Of a stretch of DNA of 64,000 bases, positions 38,101-48,124 are shown in pieces. The notes beneath the pieces were generated by a model. It was given only the letters and a program-made list of their open reading frames with translations, had not been told where the DNA came from and did no database searches. A program made the position numbers and the translations under genes. Numbering within the stretch: the first letter of the stretch is position 1; each line of letters begins with the position of its first letter. Where the stretch lies: positions 31,351 through 95,350 of IMG/VR virus record IMGVR_UViG_3300020045_001036. One strand, written 5' to 3'. This stretch comes from a virus.

Positions 38101-41100
38101 CATCTCCAACAGATCTAGCTCCATCTAAGGTGCTAACTGCACCTAAAATTCCATTAGATACTAAATCTCCTATTACTAATTCTGAATTTCTATATTCAGA
38201 CATAAATACTGTCCTACCTTGACCTATCATCTGGCCGGCACTATTTGTTTTAAAAGCTTTAATAGGCTCTTTCTTTTTAAGAATCAAAGGTTTAGCTAAT
38301 CTTTCCATTTGAGCTTGTGCTGTTACTGCATTGGAGTGACCTCCAATACCAGTTTTACCATCAGCACCTAACTTCATTTGTTCTCTCTGATACTCATCTG
38401 TATAAGTAGAGAAGTTTGATTCATCTTTACTAGAGTTAACTTTATTATTAATTAAATTAGCTGTATCAGATGCTACATCAAAAGATAAAATCTTATTAAC
38501 TTTCTTTTGTACTTCTACACTAGGAGATTGATAAACTGACTTGTAAATATCAATCATAGCATTCTCCAATACTTTAGCCTTATCTTTAGATCTAGCTTTT
38601 TCATTGTATAATTGCTTAATAATTTTACCATCTTTATCTACTACATAGTTAGATTTGTATAATGTTCTTTTATCAACATCATAATCCTCTCCTAACTGAA
38701 CTGTTTGTTCTTTAGGTACCACAAGCATATCCCCAGAAGCTTCAGGTAAGAATCCTACAACTTTTAAAATAGCTCCAGACTGATGAGAAGAAGTTGGAAT
38801 CCTAAATGAGAAATTAGATAACAATGCATCTTCAATCATTTCTTTGTTAAGGATCAATCTACCATCAACCATATTAGAATAAGGTGCTTTAGTTAAATCT
38901 ATTAACTTAGTTTTACCATCTTTAGTAACTCTAAATTTAGATTGAATCAATACTTCAGCTTCTTTTAATTTACCATCTACTGTAGTAGCTTTTAAATCTC
39001 CTGTATGATTAGGATCAACCCAAACTACACCAGATTTAATACTAGTATCTACATCATCCATATTAGTAACTCTACTAAATCCTTCAGAAGATGCTGATAT
39101 ATGTTGGTTACCCGGTAACTTAATTTTAATTAGTCTAGTAGTTATAATAGATTGTAGTAAAGATTCAAACTTGTTACTACTATTAGATAACCAGATAGGT
39201 AGTAAGAATTCAGCTTCTGCTTGGTCTTTAACTAAACCTAAATTGTCCATAACAGCTTCTGGATATTGCCCACTAGCAGTTTCTTTTAATAATAACTCAT
39301 GTACTTTTTTAATAGTCTCACTTCTATCTATAGGTAAACCATTGGTCCCTATTCCTAACTCATCCATTAAGCTTTGTTTCTGTATGTCAAAGTACATTTT
39401 CTCAGCATGGAATTTGATCTGATCAAGATCTTTACCTGAAACCATTCCGTTACTAGGTATAATAGGTTTATCTCCTACTAACATATTTATGTGTGCTATT
39501 AAAGCTTGATCAAATATATTAGGAAATACTTTCTCAGATATCTTATTGATACCATTACCTAGTATAATCTTCCACATTTGAGATCCCATTGTAGTAGAAT
39601 CATCTTTACCAGCTTTAAGATTCTTAGCAGTCTTGTATGGAGTATCTTGTTGTATTCTAAAGTTATCTCTATCTAGTTCTAAGAAAGAGTTACCTAAATT
39701 ACCTTTCATTACTTCATCAAATGTACTGTGATATAAATCATCAACAGTCAACTTAGTATCTATAGCTCCTACTTTATTAGCAGTTTGATAAGATAATCTA
39801 ACATTTTTACCATGTAAACTTTGTAAGTTTTCCATGTGTTGTCTAATCTTATCTAATTGGAAATCTCTAGTTAATTGTGGTAACAATGGAAAACTAGATG
39901 ATTTGATATATACAATTCTATTTACATTAGGTTTACCGGTATTATCATTAAACATATTATTACCAGAGTAAACTGGTTTAATAGGATTCATTACTACTGA
40001 TAGTTCATCTTGATTTAAATCTTCACCTCTCTCTAATTTCTTGTAAGCAGATTGTAAGATATTTTGATCTTTTTCTGTAAGTCTACCTTGTCTAAACAAT
40101 ACATCTACATGTTCTTTCCAAGTAGTATATTCTTGAGCATCTGTCCCTTCTATAGAGAAGTAACCACTAATATCAGGATTACTTTGAGCTAACTCTTTAA
40201 GTACAGCATCCATATCATCTTTAACATTTGATATAGCTTTCTTAGTAGCTTCACTTGTACTAGCTCCTTTATATAATTGCTCTAATATGTCTTCTAAATT
40301 CTCTAAAGTTTGAAGTGATCTTTCTTTAGATTCTGATACAGTACCATAATATTGTTTAATTAACTCCCTAGCAGTACTAGTCATTTTAACTGAGTCATTC
40401 AAGAAAATTTGTAAATACTTATCTCCTTTAGAATTGGCTAACTTACTACCCGGTGCAATCAACATTGCCATCCTTTTAGTGATAGACTCCCCAGTCATTT
40501 TAACTAACTTCAAGAAATCAACTTTTTTAGTGGCTTTGTTAGTAGCTTTACCTATAGATGGTGCATATAATGCCATATCTCCAGCAACTAATTGATAAGT
40601 CATATGTTGGTTCAAAAACTGATTTACAACAAAGTCATAAGCAGCTATTTGAGCTAAAGCATCGTTAGATATTTTAGTATTATTACCTCTCTTTCTAGCT
40701 AAATATTGTCCATCAAAATATTTAATTTGAGTTTCTTGACCAGATTTAATTAAGAAACCAGCTTCATACCAACTACCTTTACCTTCAGCTATATTAACTT
40801 TACTTTTAACATTTGCTTCCAAAGTTTCCTTAACTACACTTCTAGCTTGATTTAACACTTCAGCTTTAACAACTTCTACAGCTGCAGGACTATGAGCAGC
40901 TTCTTGCATTGCAGTAAAGATATCCTTACCCTTAAAAGTTATATTATTTAACTTAGGTATAGATAAAAATCTTTTAGCAGCTCCATCATAATTTTTAATA
41001 TTAGTAGGGTTGTTAAATGTACTAATGATTCTATCAAACTCTGAACCAAATACTTGATCAGTAACAAAATCATTAACATCTTCTCCTAACACTACAGCAC

Positions 41101-44100
41101 TACCATTAATAGTATAATTACTGTAATCAGTATCTACTAATGCAGTAGTATATAATATCATTTGTTCTTTATCAGATAAAGAAGGATTAAACATTTGACC
41201 CATTCTAAATTGTAATGAAGAACCTGGTAATTGTTGACCTATTTCTTTTTGTGTATTCTGAAAGAATGCATATTGAGTTAACATATGATCTGTAGTAGTA
41301 AGTTTATTTACTTTTTTATCTCCAGAATCTTTTTGTTTCATTTTCTTAATAGCTTGTAAGGATACAAAACCTATATCAAAATTCTTTCTAAACTTGTCTC
41401 CTACTTCACCTTCAAGACCTAAGAAGTTTAATATGTAGTTATTAGCAGAATAAGGTATTTGTTTTAAATCTTGGAATAATTGAGAAGTAGGATCTTTTAA
41501 TCCTTCCTTAATTTCATATACCATCATCTTTTGGATAGCTCCTTGTATAGATTTACCAGCAGTTCTAAATGACTTAGCCACTTTAGTACCATTAATTTCT
41601 ATTTCTTTTTGAATCAAACTATTGATTACTCCTTTAGCATCAGTATAAGGATTGTTATCCTCTAATAATACTTCAGAATCTTTATTATTATTTAAAGCAT
41701 TTCTAATATCCACTTTAAATAGATATAGTATACCTGTCTTATCTTTATATAAACCATTCTTTTGTTCATCTAAAATTCTAGATAGTGTACTATCAGAAAT
41801 TCTAACTCCTATTCTTTCCATTATAGGTTTTACTGTATCTAAGTTAGCAGAGGATAACTGTGGTATAGAACTTAATCCTTCTATATCAGCTAGTAATTTC
41901 TCCATTGCAGGTTTATCATACACTCTTTGATCTTTAATAGATTTCATTAAAGAAGAGTTACTAAAGTTAGCATTCCATTCTAATTTCATTTTAACTTCAG
42001 AAGCTGAACTATTAGGATTAATTACTTTTAAAGAGAAAGCTCCTTCTTTCTGATTTACTGTAACCATATACATATCTAATTTAGATTGTATCATTTTGTA
42101 TAATAACTCATTCTGAATATCTGTAGGAGCAGTTCTAACTTTTCTTAATACATCACCATATATTGGTAAAAACTGTTTAGTTTCTAATACATCTAATAAA
42201 GATTGTTTATCAGAAGCTAATCCAACCATAACTTCAGTTAAAGACTGTATTACAGTATCTACTGATTCATAGTCTGGCAAATAAGAAAAGTTTCTAGCTG
42301 TCTTATTAGATACAGGATCCTTTTTCATTACACCAGCAAAAAATACTTTCAAGTTACTTGAGAAACTTAGTTTAACATCTTTTTCCAAAGCTGTAGCACT
42401 AAAATCATTTTCTGTTTCCCCAGTATCATTAATATCTTCTAATGTAGTTTCTTCTGTAATATCTTCACTTAAGAAAGCTTGTATTTTTCTAACTAAATCT
42501 CCTTTATTACCTACTTCAGTACTGGTTAACTTATCTTGTTGTTTTAAAACAGATTCTAATCTCTTAGCTTGGTTGTTTAAATTATCAATAAGAGGTTGAG
42601 CTGAAACTCCGGAAGTCTCTATTTGAGATACGAAAGCTTTCAACCTATCAATCTCAGGTTGTAGTAAATCATTAGGAGCATTCTTAACTTTATCTAAAAT
42701 GTCTTGAACATTAATAGTTCCTTTCTTTAAAGATATACTAGCCAATACTTCATTAAACATAGAATTAACTAACTGCTTTTGTTGTAACACAGTAAGACCA
42801 ATCATTTGATTATTCTTAAGTCCTTCAATAGCGTTAACTTCAGCAGTACCTAACTCTCTTCTAGAAAAAGTTACATCATCATTAAAATCTTCAATTCTAA
42901 ATTCAGACATTCTATCTCTTAAATCTTGAGGTAAAGAGTTAATAGCTTCTTGTATAGACACTTTTTCTTTAGTAGGTATAGTAGCTTCTACTACAGGAAC
43001 TTCTCTGATCTCTTGATCAAGTTCTTTAGCTGTAGCTTCAGTAGCTAATTTAGCAGGTTCTACTTGAGTAGCTTCTACAGGTCTTTCAATTTCTACATTG
43101 GCACCAGCTGATTTATAGTAAACCATTGGTTGTATATCAGTAATCCATTTAGTATTACCTTCAGCATTTTTAATGGGGAAGGATTTGATATTACTTTTTA
43201 CATTATCTTTAATGAAATCATCATATGTATTACCAGTTCCCTTAGCATTTTTATACTCTAATACAGAACCTGTTTCTGTTATTTTATGGAAAGGTATGTG
43301 TTTACCTAGATGTTCCACACTAGCATTGAAAGAAGATTTTCTAAAATTACCTGTAGCTCCTCCAAAATTTTCATCAAATACTTTAAAAGCCATAGCTACA
43401 GCTCTATCAGACATTGATTTATAATTAAATCCTTGTAAAGCATCATACTTAGGATTTTTAGGATTTCTAGGAACAGGGTTACCATCTTTATTAGCAATTT
43501 TAATAATTCCTGAAGCTTCTACTGTAATATAATTTACCCCTACAGGATATTTTAAATTAACAGAATCCTTCTTAGTCTCAATACTTTCTAAGTTAGATAT
43601 AAACTGATCATTCTTGAAATCTACTCTAGCAAATAAATTTATGTAATTTTGAATAGAGTGTTCTATATCTATACCAGTAGACTCCATCACTGATTTTTGT
43701 ATAGCTCTAGCTTTAACTAAATCCATACTTCTAGCTTCTAATTGAGACAATACGTCTGGTCTAGTAGCGTGGTTTAGAGTTATACCGGCTAAAATAGCAA
43801 ACTTAGTGTTATAATAAGCTGTATCATTAATCATTTCACCATTAACTACATTATTAGTAAGTACAGGCAAAGCAATATGTTCTCCTGTATTAACCTTTCT
43901 AACTTCATATAGTTGGCCAGGATTAAAATCTTTTTGATTTACAAACTTCAAATTAGTTTGATCAGTTCTACCTGCTCTTAAATTACTAACTCCTGTAGCT
44001 ATAGCTAAGTTAGTATCTCCAGTAGCCTCACTTAAAACTAAAGGTTGATTATTTTCTTTAAGGGTATTAATTCTAAATACTTGACCAAACTTTCTTTCTT

Positions 44101-47100
44101 CAATTTCTATTGTATTATTACCTGCTAAGATTTGACCTCTTATGTTTTGAGTTTGCATCTTACCAGATTTAATGTTGGCCATTTGATCTGCTGTATCAAT
44201 ACCAGACATATTCTTAGTATTATACCAATCAGTATCATGTATTAAGAAAATACCTTTACCTTCTACACTAGCTACCATAGGTACCTTATTATTATATTTC
44301 AAAGAACCTGGAGTAGCATTATTTCTTTTTGCCCAATCTCCAAAAGACATAGTCTCTTTAACCAAAACATTCTCATCATTTAAAGTCCATTGAGATACAG
44401 GGTGTGAATCCACATTCTCCGGTACTTTAACTTCTAATTTCAAACCTACTTTAGTAAAAGTAGGATCTAGTACTAAATGATTATCTATTGTAGTTGATTC
44501 ATTAAGTTGAGCCAATACCGGTACATTAACTTCACCGTTCTCTGTTTGTACAGTAGTATACTCCATCCCTAAGAATGCAGCTTTAGGTGTAGCTATAGAG
44601 GTTTTACTTTTACTTGTATTAGTACCATCTTTGACTATAGGTTGATTGTTAATATCAAATGTAGCAATCTTAGAAGATTCAATAATAGCAGGAACTACAG
44701 TATTAGTAGTATCCTCCACGAATTCTTCTGTATCAAAAAACATACCTGCCATATCTAAAAAGTTTTCTCTGGCACTCAAATATTTATTATATACTTCCTG
44801 TGCATTAGAAACATCTCTACCAGATAACTCCCAACCTAACTTATATACTTCAAAAGCTTCATCTACTTTTTTCATAGAGGATCTTTCGATAAGATCTTTA
44901 ACTACATCATCAAATGTAGGGGTCTTACTTAATTCTCTTTCTAAGAAATCAGCATAAGTATTTGTAGTACTTATCATTTGTTGCTTTTTAGCATTTGAGA
45001 TATTCTTATCTATCTCTCTAGGAGAGAAAGCTTGTTCGTCAAATCCCCCTTGTGAGAAGTTGAATCCTCCTATTGATATCATACCACTAGCTTCAGGAGT
45101 CATTTCTTTAGATCCCTCTATAACTTCAGGGATATTAACCTCGGGCATTGTTACATTATTAGGTGTAAACTCTGGTACTACATCTGCTAATATTACTTGT
45201 GTTTCTAATTGATTTTTCTTTTCAGCTAATCCTGCAATAGTAGGAGTAGATTGTTCTACTCTAACTTCTCCTGTAGTAGTATTAGTTACTTCTACAATAG
45301 GGATGCCATCTACATTTTTAACCTCTACAGACTCTTCTTCAGTAGCTTCTACTAGATCTCTAGTTAAAGCATCTGCATCTTCTATAGTTCTTATAGCTTG
45401 AGGTTGGGCATCTATAGCTTCTTCTTGAGCTTTTTTTAATTTTGCTTTAATAGCAGATAAATTCTTTCTATTAGTTTGATAAGCTAATTCTTCAGTATTT
45501 TTAATAGCATGCTCATTAGTAATAGCTAAACCGGCTTGTAATTCAACTAATCTATCTAAATCTTCTCCAACAATAGAATTAACTACTGTAGGTATTTCTT
45601 TATTAGGTCCTTCTTCAGTTACATAAGGAATAGTTTCTACTAGTTGCGTATTTAGTATATTGTGTACATCAAAACTCTCAGGTACATGCCCTTGTTCTTT
45701 TAATTTAGCTACTTTATCACTAATACTTTTTTGAGTCTTAGTTATAGCTTCCTTATAATGTTTATTATCTAAACTATGTACTTGATCATTAGTAGCTAAC
45801 CTTTGAATAGTTTCATAGTTAGGTCTTTCTTTATACCTAAATTCTACATCTCTCATATTAGGAATGGTAGTAGCTAATGCTTCTTGAGCATTAGTTACAG
45901 TATCTTCATGTAATCCTCCATTCTTAGTCATTCTCTTCATAGCCAATTCAAATTCATCTAATGAATTTGTTCTTAAAGCTTGAGCAGCTAAATTTTGGAA
46001 TGCCATACTTTCTAACATCTTAGCTTCAGTTTCTTTACCTTTATTTCTAAGGTCAGCTACTTTACCTTCATATTGTGGCACACTATATAAAGTATTACCA
46101 GCTCTCATTGTAATAGAATCAGCTAATTCTTTATCAGTAGTATTTTTATCTAGCTTACCATAGAAATCACCTAAGTCTTCCATAGATTTTTTTTGTGCAT
46201 CATAGGCTTCTCTGTAATCAGAACTAGCTTTATAATTTACTTTATGTTGTGCTGCAGCTAGTGCAGCAGGTATACCTCCCATCAATATGGTAGATGCTGC
46301 TATTTGTGCATAGAAGTTAGGATCTTTAAATTGTTCTAATTGTTGATAATAATCTTTAATATTATATTCACCTTTTTCTGCATTGTAAGTAGGTACTACA
46401 CCAGTAACTAGCTCCTCCATAAATTCTTCGGGAACACTTTGAAATACTTCATTGAAATTAGTATGATACCCTAAAGCAGAAGTAATTTTACCCACTTTAG
46501 TTGTAGAGATACTAGGAGTTACTTTATTTAAAACTTTACCTACACCATTAACAAATGTTTCAGCATTGGTTCCAGCAATGGCTTTTTTAAGACTATGCCC
46601 AGTTTTACCAGCTAAAGGACCTACCCACATCTCAGAAGCTATTTCTTTAGCAGATTCTGTTGCAGCGTATATAGCAGCATTACTTTTAGTAATATCTTCA
46701 CTTACTTTATGTGTCTCTGGATCGTATATCCTAGACATACTATCAAAGATTTGATTCAACTGTGTTTGTAACTCTGCAGCTTCTTTAGAATTTCCTTGCC
46801 CTGCTTTTTGCAGTCTATTTAATTTCTCTGTAACTACCGCAGTGGCATTCATAGATTGTTTCTCAAAAGCTTCTTTTTGAGGTTTAGATGTAAGTATAAC
46901 TTCTCTTCCTTCTGCATCCTGTGTTACTACCATAGGGCTAGTAAATTTTTGTGCATATTGATTATAAGTGAAAGGTGTCATGGCAACCTGTGCTCCTAAA
47001 TCTATAGCACCTACTGCTGTTTTAACACCTATGTTCTTTATAGTGTTAGCAGCTCCTACATTAAAAGCTTCTAAAGCTAATGCTTTAGCTCCTTTAGTGA

Positions 47101-48121
47101 CTCCAGACCCAATACCCATTCCCATACCTAATTCCAAAGAAGTTTCTAGTCCTTCTCCTAATTGAGAATAAAATCCTTTCTCTCCTATAGATTTTTGTGT
47201 ATCTTGTTTATATGCTCCAGCATCTAATATAGTTTGTTCAGTAGGTGTAAGTAATTCTCCAGCTCTTTGCTTTTCCATTACTCTAGCTACTTTATAAGAA
47301 TCTATTGCAGGTATTACACCTACAGATAGTAAACTTTTAATTTTATTACCAGTATGCCCAAAAAATCCATTAAAGATATTATTTTTTTCATCTAAAGAAG
47401 ATTCTAATTCATCTCTTTCAGCCCAAGCTAAGTTGTTAGCAGTTTGTAAATTTCTAGCTTCATATCCTACACCAAATGTACCCCATCTTTCAGCTTCTTT
47501 GTCTATTCTTTTTACTAACTCATCATTTCTTTTAAGTCTAGCTTCTACAATAGGTCTGATAATTGTATTTTTTTTAGCTCTAAGTTGTTCTAGTTCTTTA
47601 CTTTGCTTCTCACTCATGTAAGCAGCATTAGGGGATAGCAATTCTGCTAACCCTAATGTTTTACCTACTATAACTTCAGATATATAATCTACAGGGGATT
47701 CAGTCAATTTAGTATCTTTAGTAACTGCTTTATAAGCTCTTTCAGTTTTACCAACTGTATTTAAATCTTCTAGTTGTTGTATTCTAGCTGTGATATCTTT
47801 TAGTCCTTTATATTGATCTGGTTCAAAGGTAGCTTTAGCTTCAACTTCTACAGCATTAGTAGGAGTTAAAGTTTCTTCTTCAGCTTGCTTATTAAGCAAT
47901 TCAATTTGAGCATCTTCTTCAGCTTGAATTGCAGCTTCATGATCTTGTATTTCTTTCATATTAGCTTGGTACTCTTCATCCATAGCTAATTGATCTACTA
48001 CAGATTCTGTCTTAGCTAAAGCTGCAGTATCTTTTACAGCTCTAAAAGATTGTAATCCTTGTCCACCATATCCACCTGCATAACCTGCATATTGATTATC
48101 TGTATACCTTTTTTTTCCCAT
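35159..48121 (-). CDS. Giant virion-packaged DNA-dependent RNA polymerase (crAss-like)
   Basis: 4320 aa; GEDYDVDK (DxDxD) at about 38672-38686, RIPTSSHQS, GTDAQ, KSSSFPL motifs of crAss-like double-psi-barrel RNAPs. Confidence 0.85.
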   Translation of the reverse strand: MGKKRYTDNQYAGYAGGYGGQGLQSFRAVKDTAALAKTESVVDQLAMDEEYQANMKEIQDHEAAIQAEEDAQIELLNKQAEEETLTPTNAVEVEAKATFEPDQYKGLKDITARIQQLEDLNTVGKTERAYKAVTKDTKLTESPVDYISEVIVGKTLGLAELLSPNAAYMSEKQSKELEQLRAKKNTIIRPIVEARLKRNDELVKRIDKEAERWGTFGVGYEARNLQTANNLAWAERDELESSLDEKNNIFNGFFGHTGNKIKSLLSVGVIPAIDSYKVARVMEKQRAGELLTPTEQTILDAGAYKQDTQKSIGEKGFYSQLGEGLETSLELGMGMGIGSGVTKGAKALALEAFNVGAANTIKNIGVKTAVGAIDLGAQVAMTPFTYNQYAQKFTSPMVVTQDAEGREVILTSKPQKEAFEKQSMNATAVVTEKLNRLQKAGQGNSKEAAELQTQLNQIFDSMSRIYDPETHKVSEDITKSNAAIYAATESAKEIASEMWVGPLAGKTGHSLKKAIAGTNAETFVNGVGKVLNKVTPSISTTKVGKITSALGYHTNFNEVFQSVPEEFMEELVTGVVPTYNAEKGEYNIKDYYQQLEQFKDPNFYAQIAASTILMGGIPAALAAAQHKVNYKASSDYREAYDAQKKSMEDLGDFYGKLDKNTTDKELADSITMRAGNTLYSVPQYEGKVADLRNKGKETEAKMLESMAFQNLAAQALRTNSLDEFELAMKRMTKNGGLHEDTVTNAQEALATTIPNMRDVEFRYKERPNYETIQRLATNDQVHSLDNKHYKEAITKTQKSISDKVAKLKEQGHVPESFDVHNILNTQLVETIPYVTEEGPNKEIPTVVNSIVGEDLDRLVELQAGLAITNEHAIKNTEELAYQTNRKNLSAIKAKLKKAQEEAIDAQPQAIRTIEDADALTRDLVEATEEESVEVKNVDGIPIVEVTNTTTGEVRVEQSTPTIAGLAEKKNQLETQVILADVVPEFTPNNVTMPEVNIPEVIEGSKEMTPEASGMISIGGFNFSQGGFDEQAFSPREIDKNISNAKKQQMISTTNTYADFLERELSKTPTFDDVVKDLIERSSMKKVDEAFEVYKLGWELSGRDVSNAQEVYNKYLSARENFLDMAGMFFDTEEFVEDTTNTVVPAIIESSKIATFDINNQPIVKDGTNTSKSKTSIATPKAAFLGMEYTTVQTENGEVNVPVLAQLNESTTIDNHLVLDPTFTKVGLKLEVKVPENVDSHPVSQWTLNDENVLVKETMSFGDWAKRNNATPGSLKYNNKVPMVASVEGKGIFLIHDTDWYNTKNMSGIDTADQMANIKSGKMQTQNIRGQILAGNNTIEIEERKFGQVFRINTLKENNQPLVLSEATGDTNLAIATGVSNLRAGRTDQTNLKFVNQKDFNPGQLYEVRKVNTGEHIALPVLTNNVVNGEMINDTAYYNTKFAILAGITLNHATRPDVLSQLEARSMDLVKARAIQKSVMESTGIDIEHSIQNYINLFARVDFKNDQFISNLESIETKKDSVNLKYPVGVNYITVEASGIIKIANKDGNPVPRNPKNPKYDALQGFNYKSMSDRAVAMAFKVFDENFGGATGNFRKSSFNASVEHLGKHIPFHKITETGSVLEYKNAKGTGNTYDDFIKDNVKSNIKSFPIKNAEGNTKWITDIQPMVYYKSAGANVEIERPVEATQVEPAKLATEATAKELDQEIREVPVVEATIPTKEKVSIQEAINSLPQDLRDRMSEFRIEDFNDDVTFSRRELGTAEVNAIEGLKNNQMIGLTVLQQKQLVNSMFNEVLASISLKKGTINVQDILDKVKNAPNDLLQPEIDRLKAFVSQIETSGVSAQPLIDNLNNQAKRLESVLKQQDKLTSTEVGNKGDLVRKIQAFLSEDITEETTLEDINDTGETENDFSATALEKDVKLSFSSNLKVFFAGVMKKDPVSNKTARNFSYLPDYESVDTVIQSLTEVMVGLASDKQSLLDVLETKQFLPIYGDVLRKVRTAPTDIQNELLYKMIQSKLDMYMVTVNQKEGAFSLKVINPNSSASEVKMKLEWNANFSNSSLMKSIKDQRVYDKPAMEKLLADIEGLSSIPQLSSANLDTVKPIMERIGVRISDSTLSRILDEQKNGLYKDKTGILYLFKVDIRNALNNNKDSEVLLEDNNPYTDAKGVINSLIQKEIEINGTKVAKSFRTAGKSIQGAIQKMMVYEIKEGLKDPTSQLFQDLKQIPYSANNYILNFLGLEGEVGDKFRKNFDIGFVSLQAIKKMKQKDSGDKKVNKLTTTDHMLTQYAFFQNTQKEIGQQLPGSSLQFRMGQMFNPSLSDKEQMILYTTALVDTDYSNYTINGSAVVLGEDVNDFVTDQVFGSEFDRIISTFNNPTNIKNYDGAAKRFLSIPKLNNITFKGKDIFTAMQEAAHSPAAVEVVKAEVLNQARSVVKETLEANVKSKVNIAEGKGSWYEAGFLIKSGQETQIKYFDGQYLARKRGNNTKISNDALAQIAAYDFVVNQFLNQHMTYQLVAGDMALYAPSIGKATNKATKKVDFLKLVKMTGESITKRMAMLIAPGSKLANSKGDKYLQIFLNDSVKMTSTARELIKQYYGTVSESKERSLQTLENLEDILEQLYKGASTSEATKKAISNVKDDMDAVLKELAQSNPDISGYFSIEGTDAQEYTTWKEHVDVLFRQGRLTEKDQNILQSAYKKLERGEDLNQDELSVVMNPIKPVYSGNNMFNDNTGKPNVNRIVYIKSSSFPLLPQLTRDFQLDKIRQHMENLQSLHGKNVRLSYQTANKVGAIDTKLTVDDLYHSTFDEVMKGNLGNSFLELDRDNFRIQQDTPYKTAKNLKAGKDDSTTMGSQMWKIILGNGINKISEKVFPNIFDQALIAHINMLVGDKPIIPSNGMVSGKDLDQIKFHAEKMYFDIQKQSLMDELGIGTNGLPIDRSETIKKVHELLLKETASGQYPEAVMDNLGLVKDQAEAEFLLPIWLSNSSNKFESLLQSIITTRLIKIKLPGNQHISASSEGFSRVTNMDDVDTSIKSGVVWVDPNHTGDLKATTVDGKLKEAEVLIQSKFRVTKDGKTKLIDLTKAPYSNMVDGRLILNKEMIEDALLSNFSFRIPTSSHQSGAILKVVGFLPEASGDMLVVPKEQTVQLGEDYDVDKRTLYKSNYVVDKDGKIIKQLYNEKARSKDKAKVLENAMIDIYKSVYQSPSVEVQKKVNKILSFDVASDTANLINNKVNSSKDESNFSTYTDEYQREQMKLGADGKTGIGGHSNAVTAQAQMERLAKPLILKKKEPIKAFKTNSAGQMIGQGRTVFMSEYRNSELVIGDLVSNGILGAVSTLDGARSVGDVHTENQNSATDNIKAQIMGKRNENPYTMNVLIQLTFRGFDQAKFTIPNSSKLTEVQVPSLFIAQPILRRYVELQEQSKSLTSDFTANKEKAILNQLIEEFNIDKHEIKRDGEGNIDGLKFLDDKLYASASKKMTGDALYTNLVKESAESDIQLAVLQKFFEIDKEAKLLTKYTGMLNLSTSGLGISYFNVLDRIQTLNEMGEEESISNVRDLVGDFIHVDTFIDPETGLVPEDKGGYTLIGDYYIKPTTTEGTMLVQALSSAESIMDPLFPYKQSIIDESIENVLALKGENIGKKRKLELRYQIKDALKDFMYSIPSLGIFQGDINQERQRLFFDTPNNTSLAKYLKETIESGNHPLLENNELIKNLGFDGISIIGAPSIIKHISGTNTNFDRTDEYNAYLELLQDNSTILGEFNGEVMTPRKLAQDLASYAYLANNESGAVGFRDFINVKYLEAIGVSKNMRDVTKDLGSLSQQVSNFTTQFFQHNPQEARPISRKSKLSTFKMTNPEAKIEEPHTFFQNLEEFAMEGVTDAFVTIEDNSIEKSTKGYRLYQKVGNRYVRIPVLGSFGFNEYNPDSINQKSLMYPSVGRDIVQEQPISKQITGVNVEEALDTSDGVVSVLEQFNASPNARYKEFAQKLAPFIDNSTKISIEDKIINGNVLNTGVYEKSSNTIFISPSIIDKLTQTHPENTMDILEEVVMEELVHSMTISQLDKFGTKLGSVYTPNEDAPAFITRLSKLFTVAQATLPYNEITGENYYTKDIYEFVAGAFVSDSFKESLDSATYNGKSMFEHFKNIIASLLRTITGSTYSDEVVNSVYELLDYTKPEHIEASSKNPMETLKKGDDKIEEELDKLTPKTSITNLKTSGNYSEDNSKRLLVMLDNGTEFTITPSKKRLGGSAEYLYMQDILAHLGVLAKQQGVTPTDLVDIKTIDENTQTIKMKPKTVVAATISIGGFNFSSGGPDSYSAQEFRLPEIKKCK

Positions 48122-48124
48122 GTT

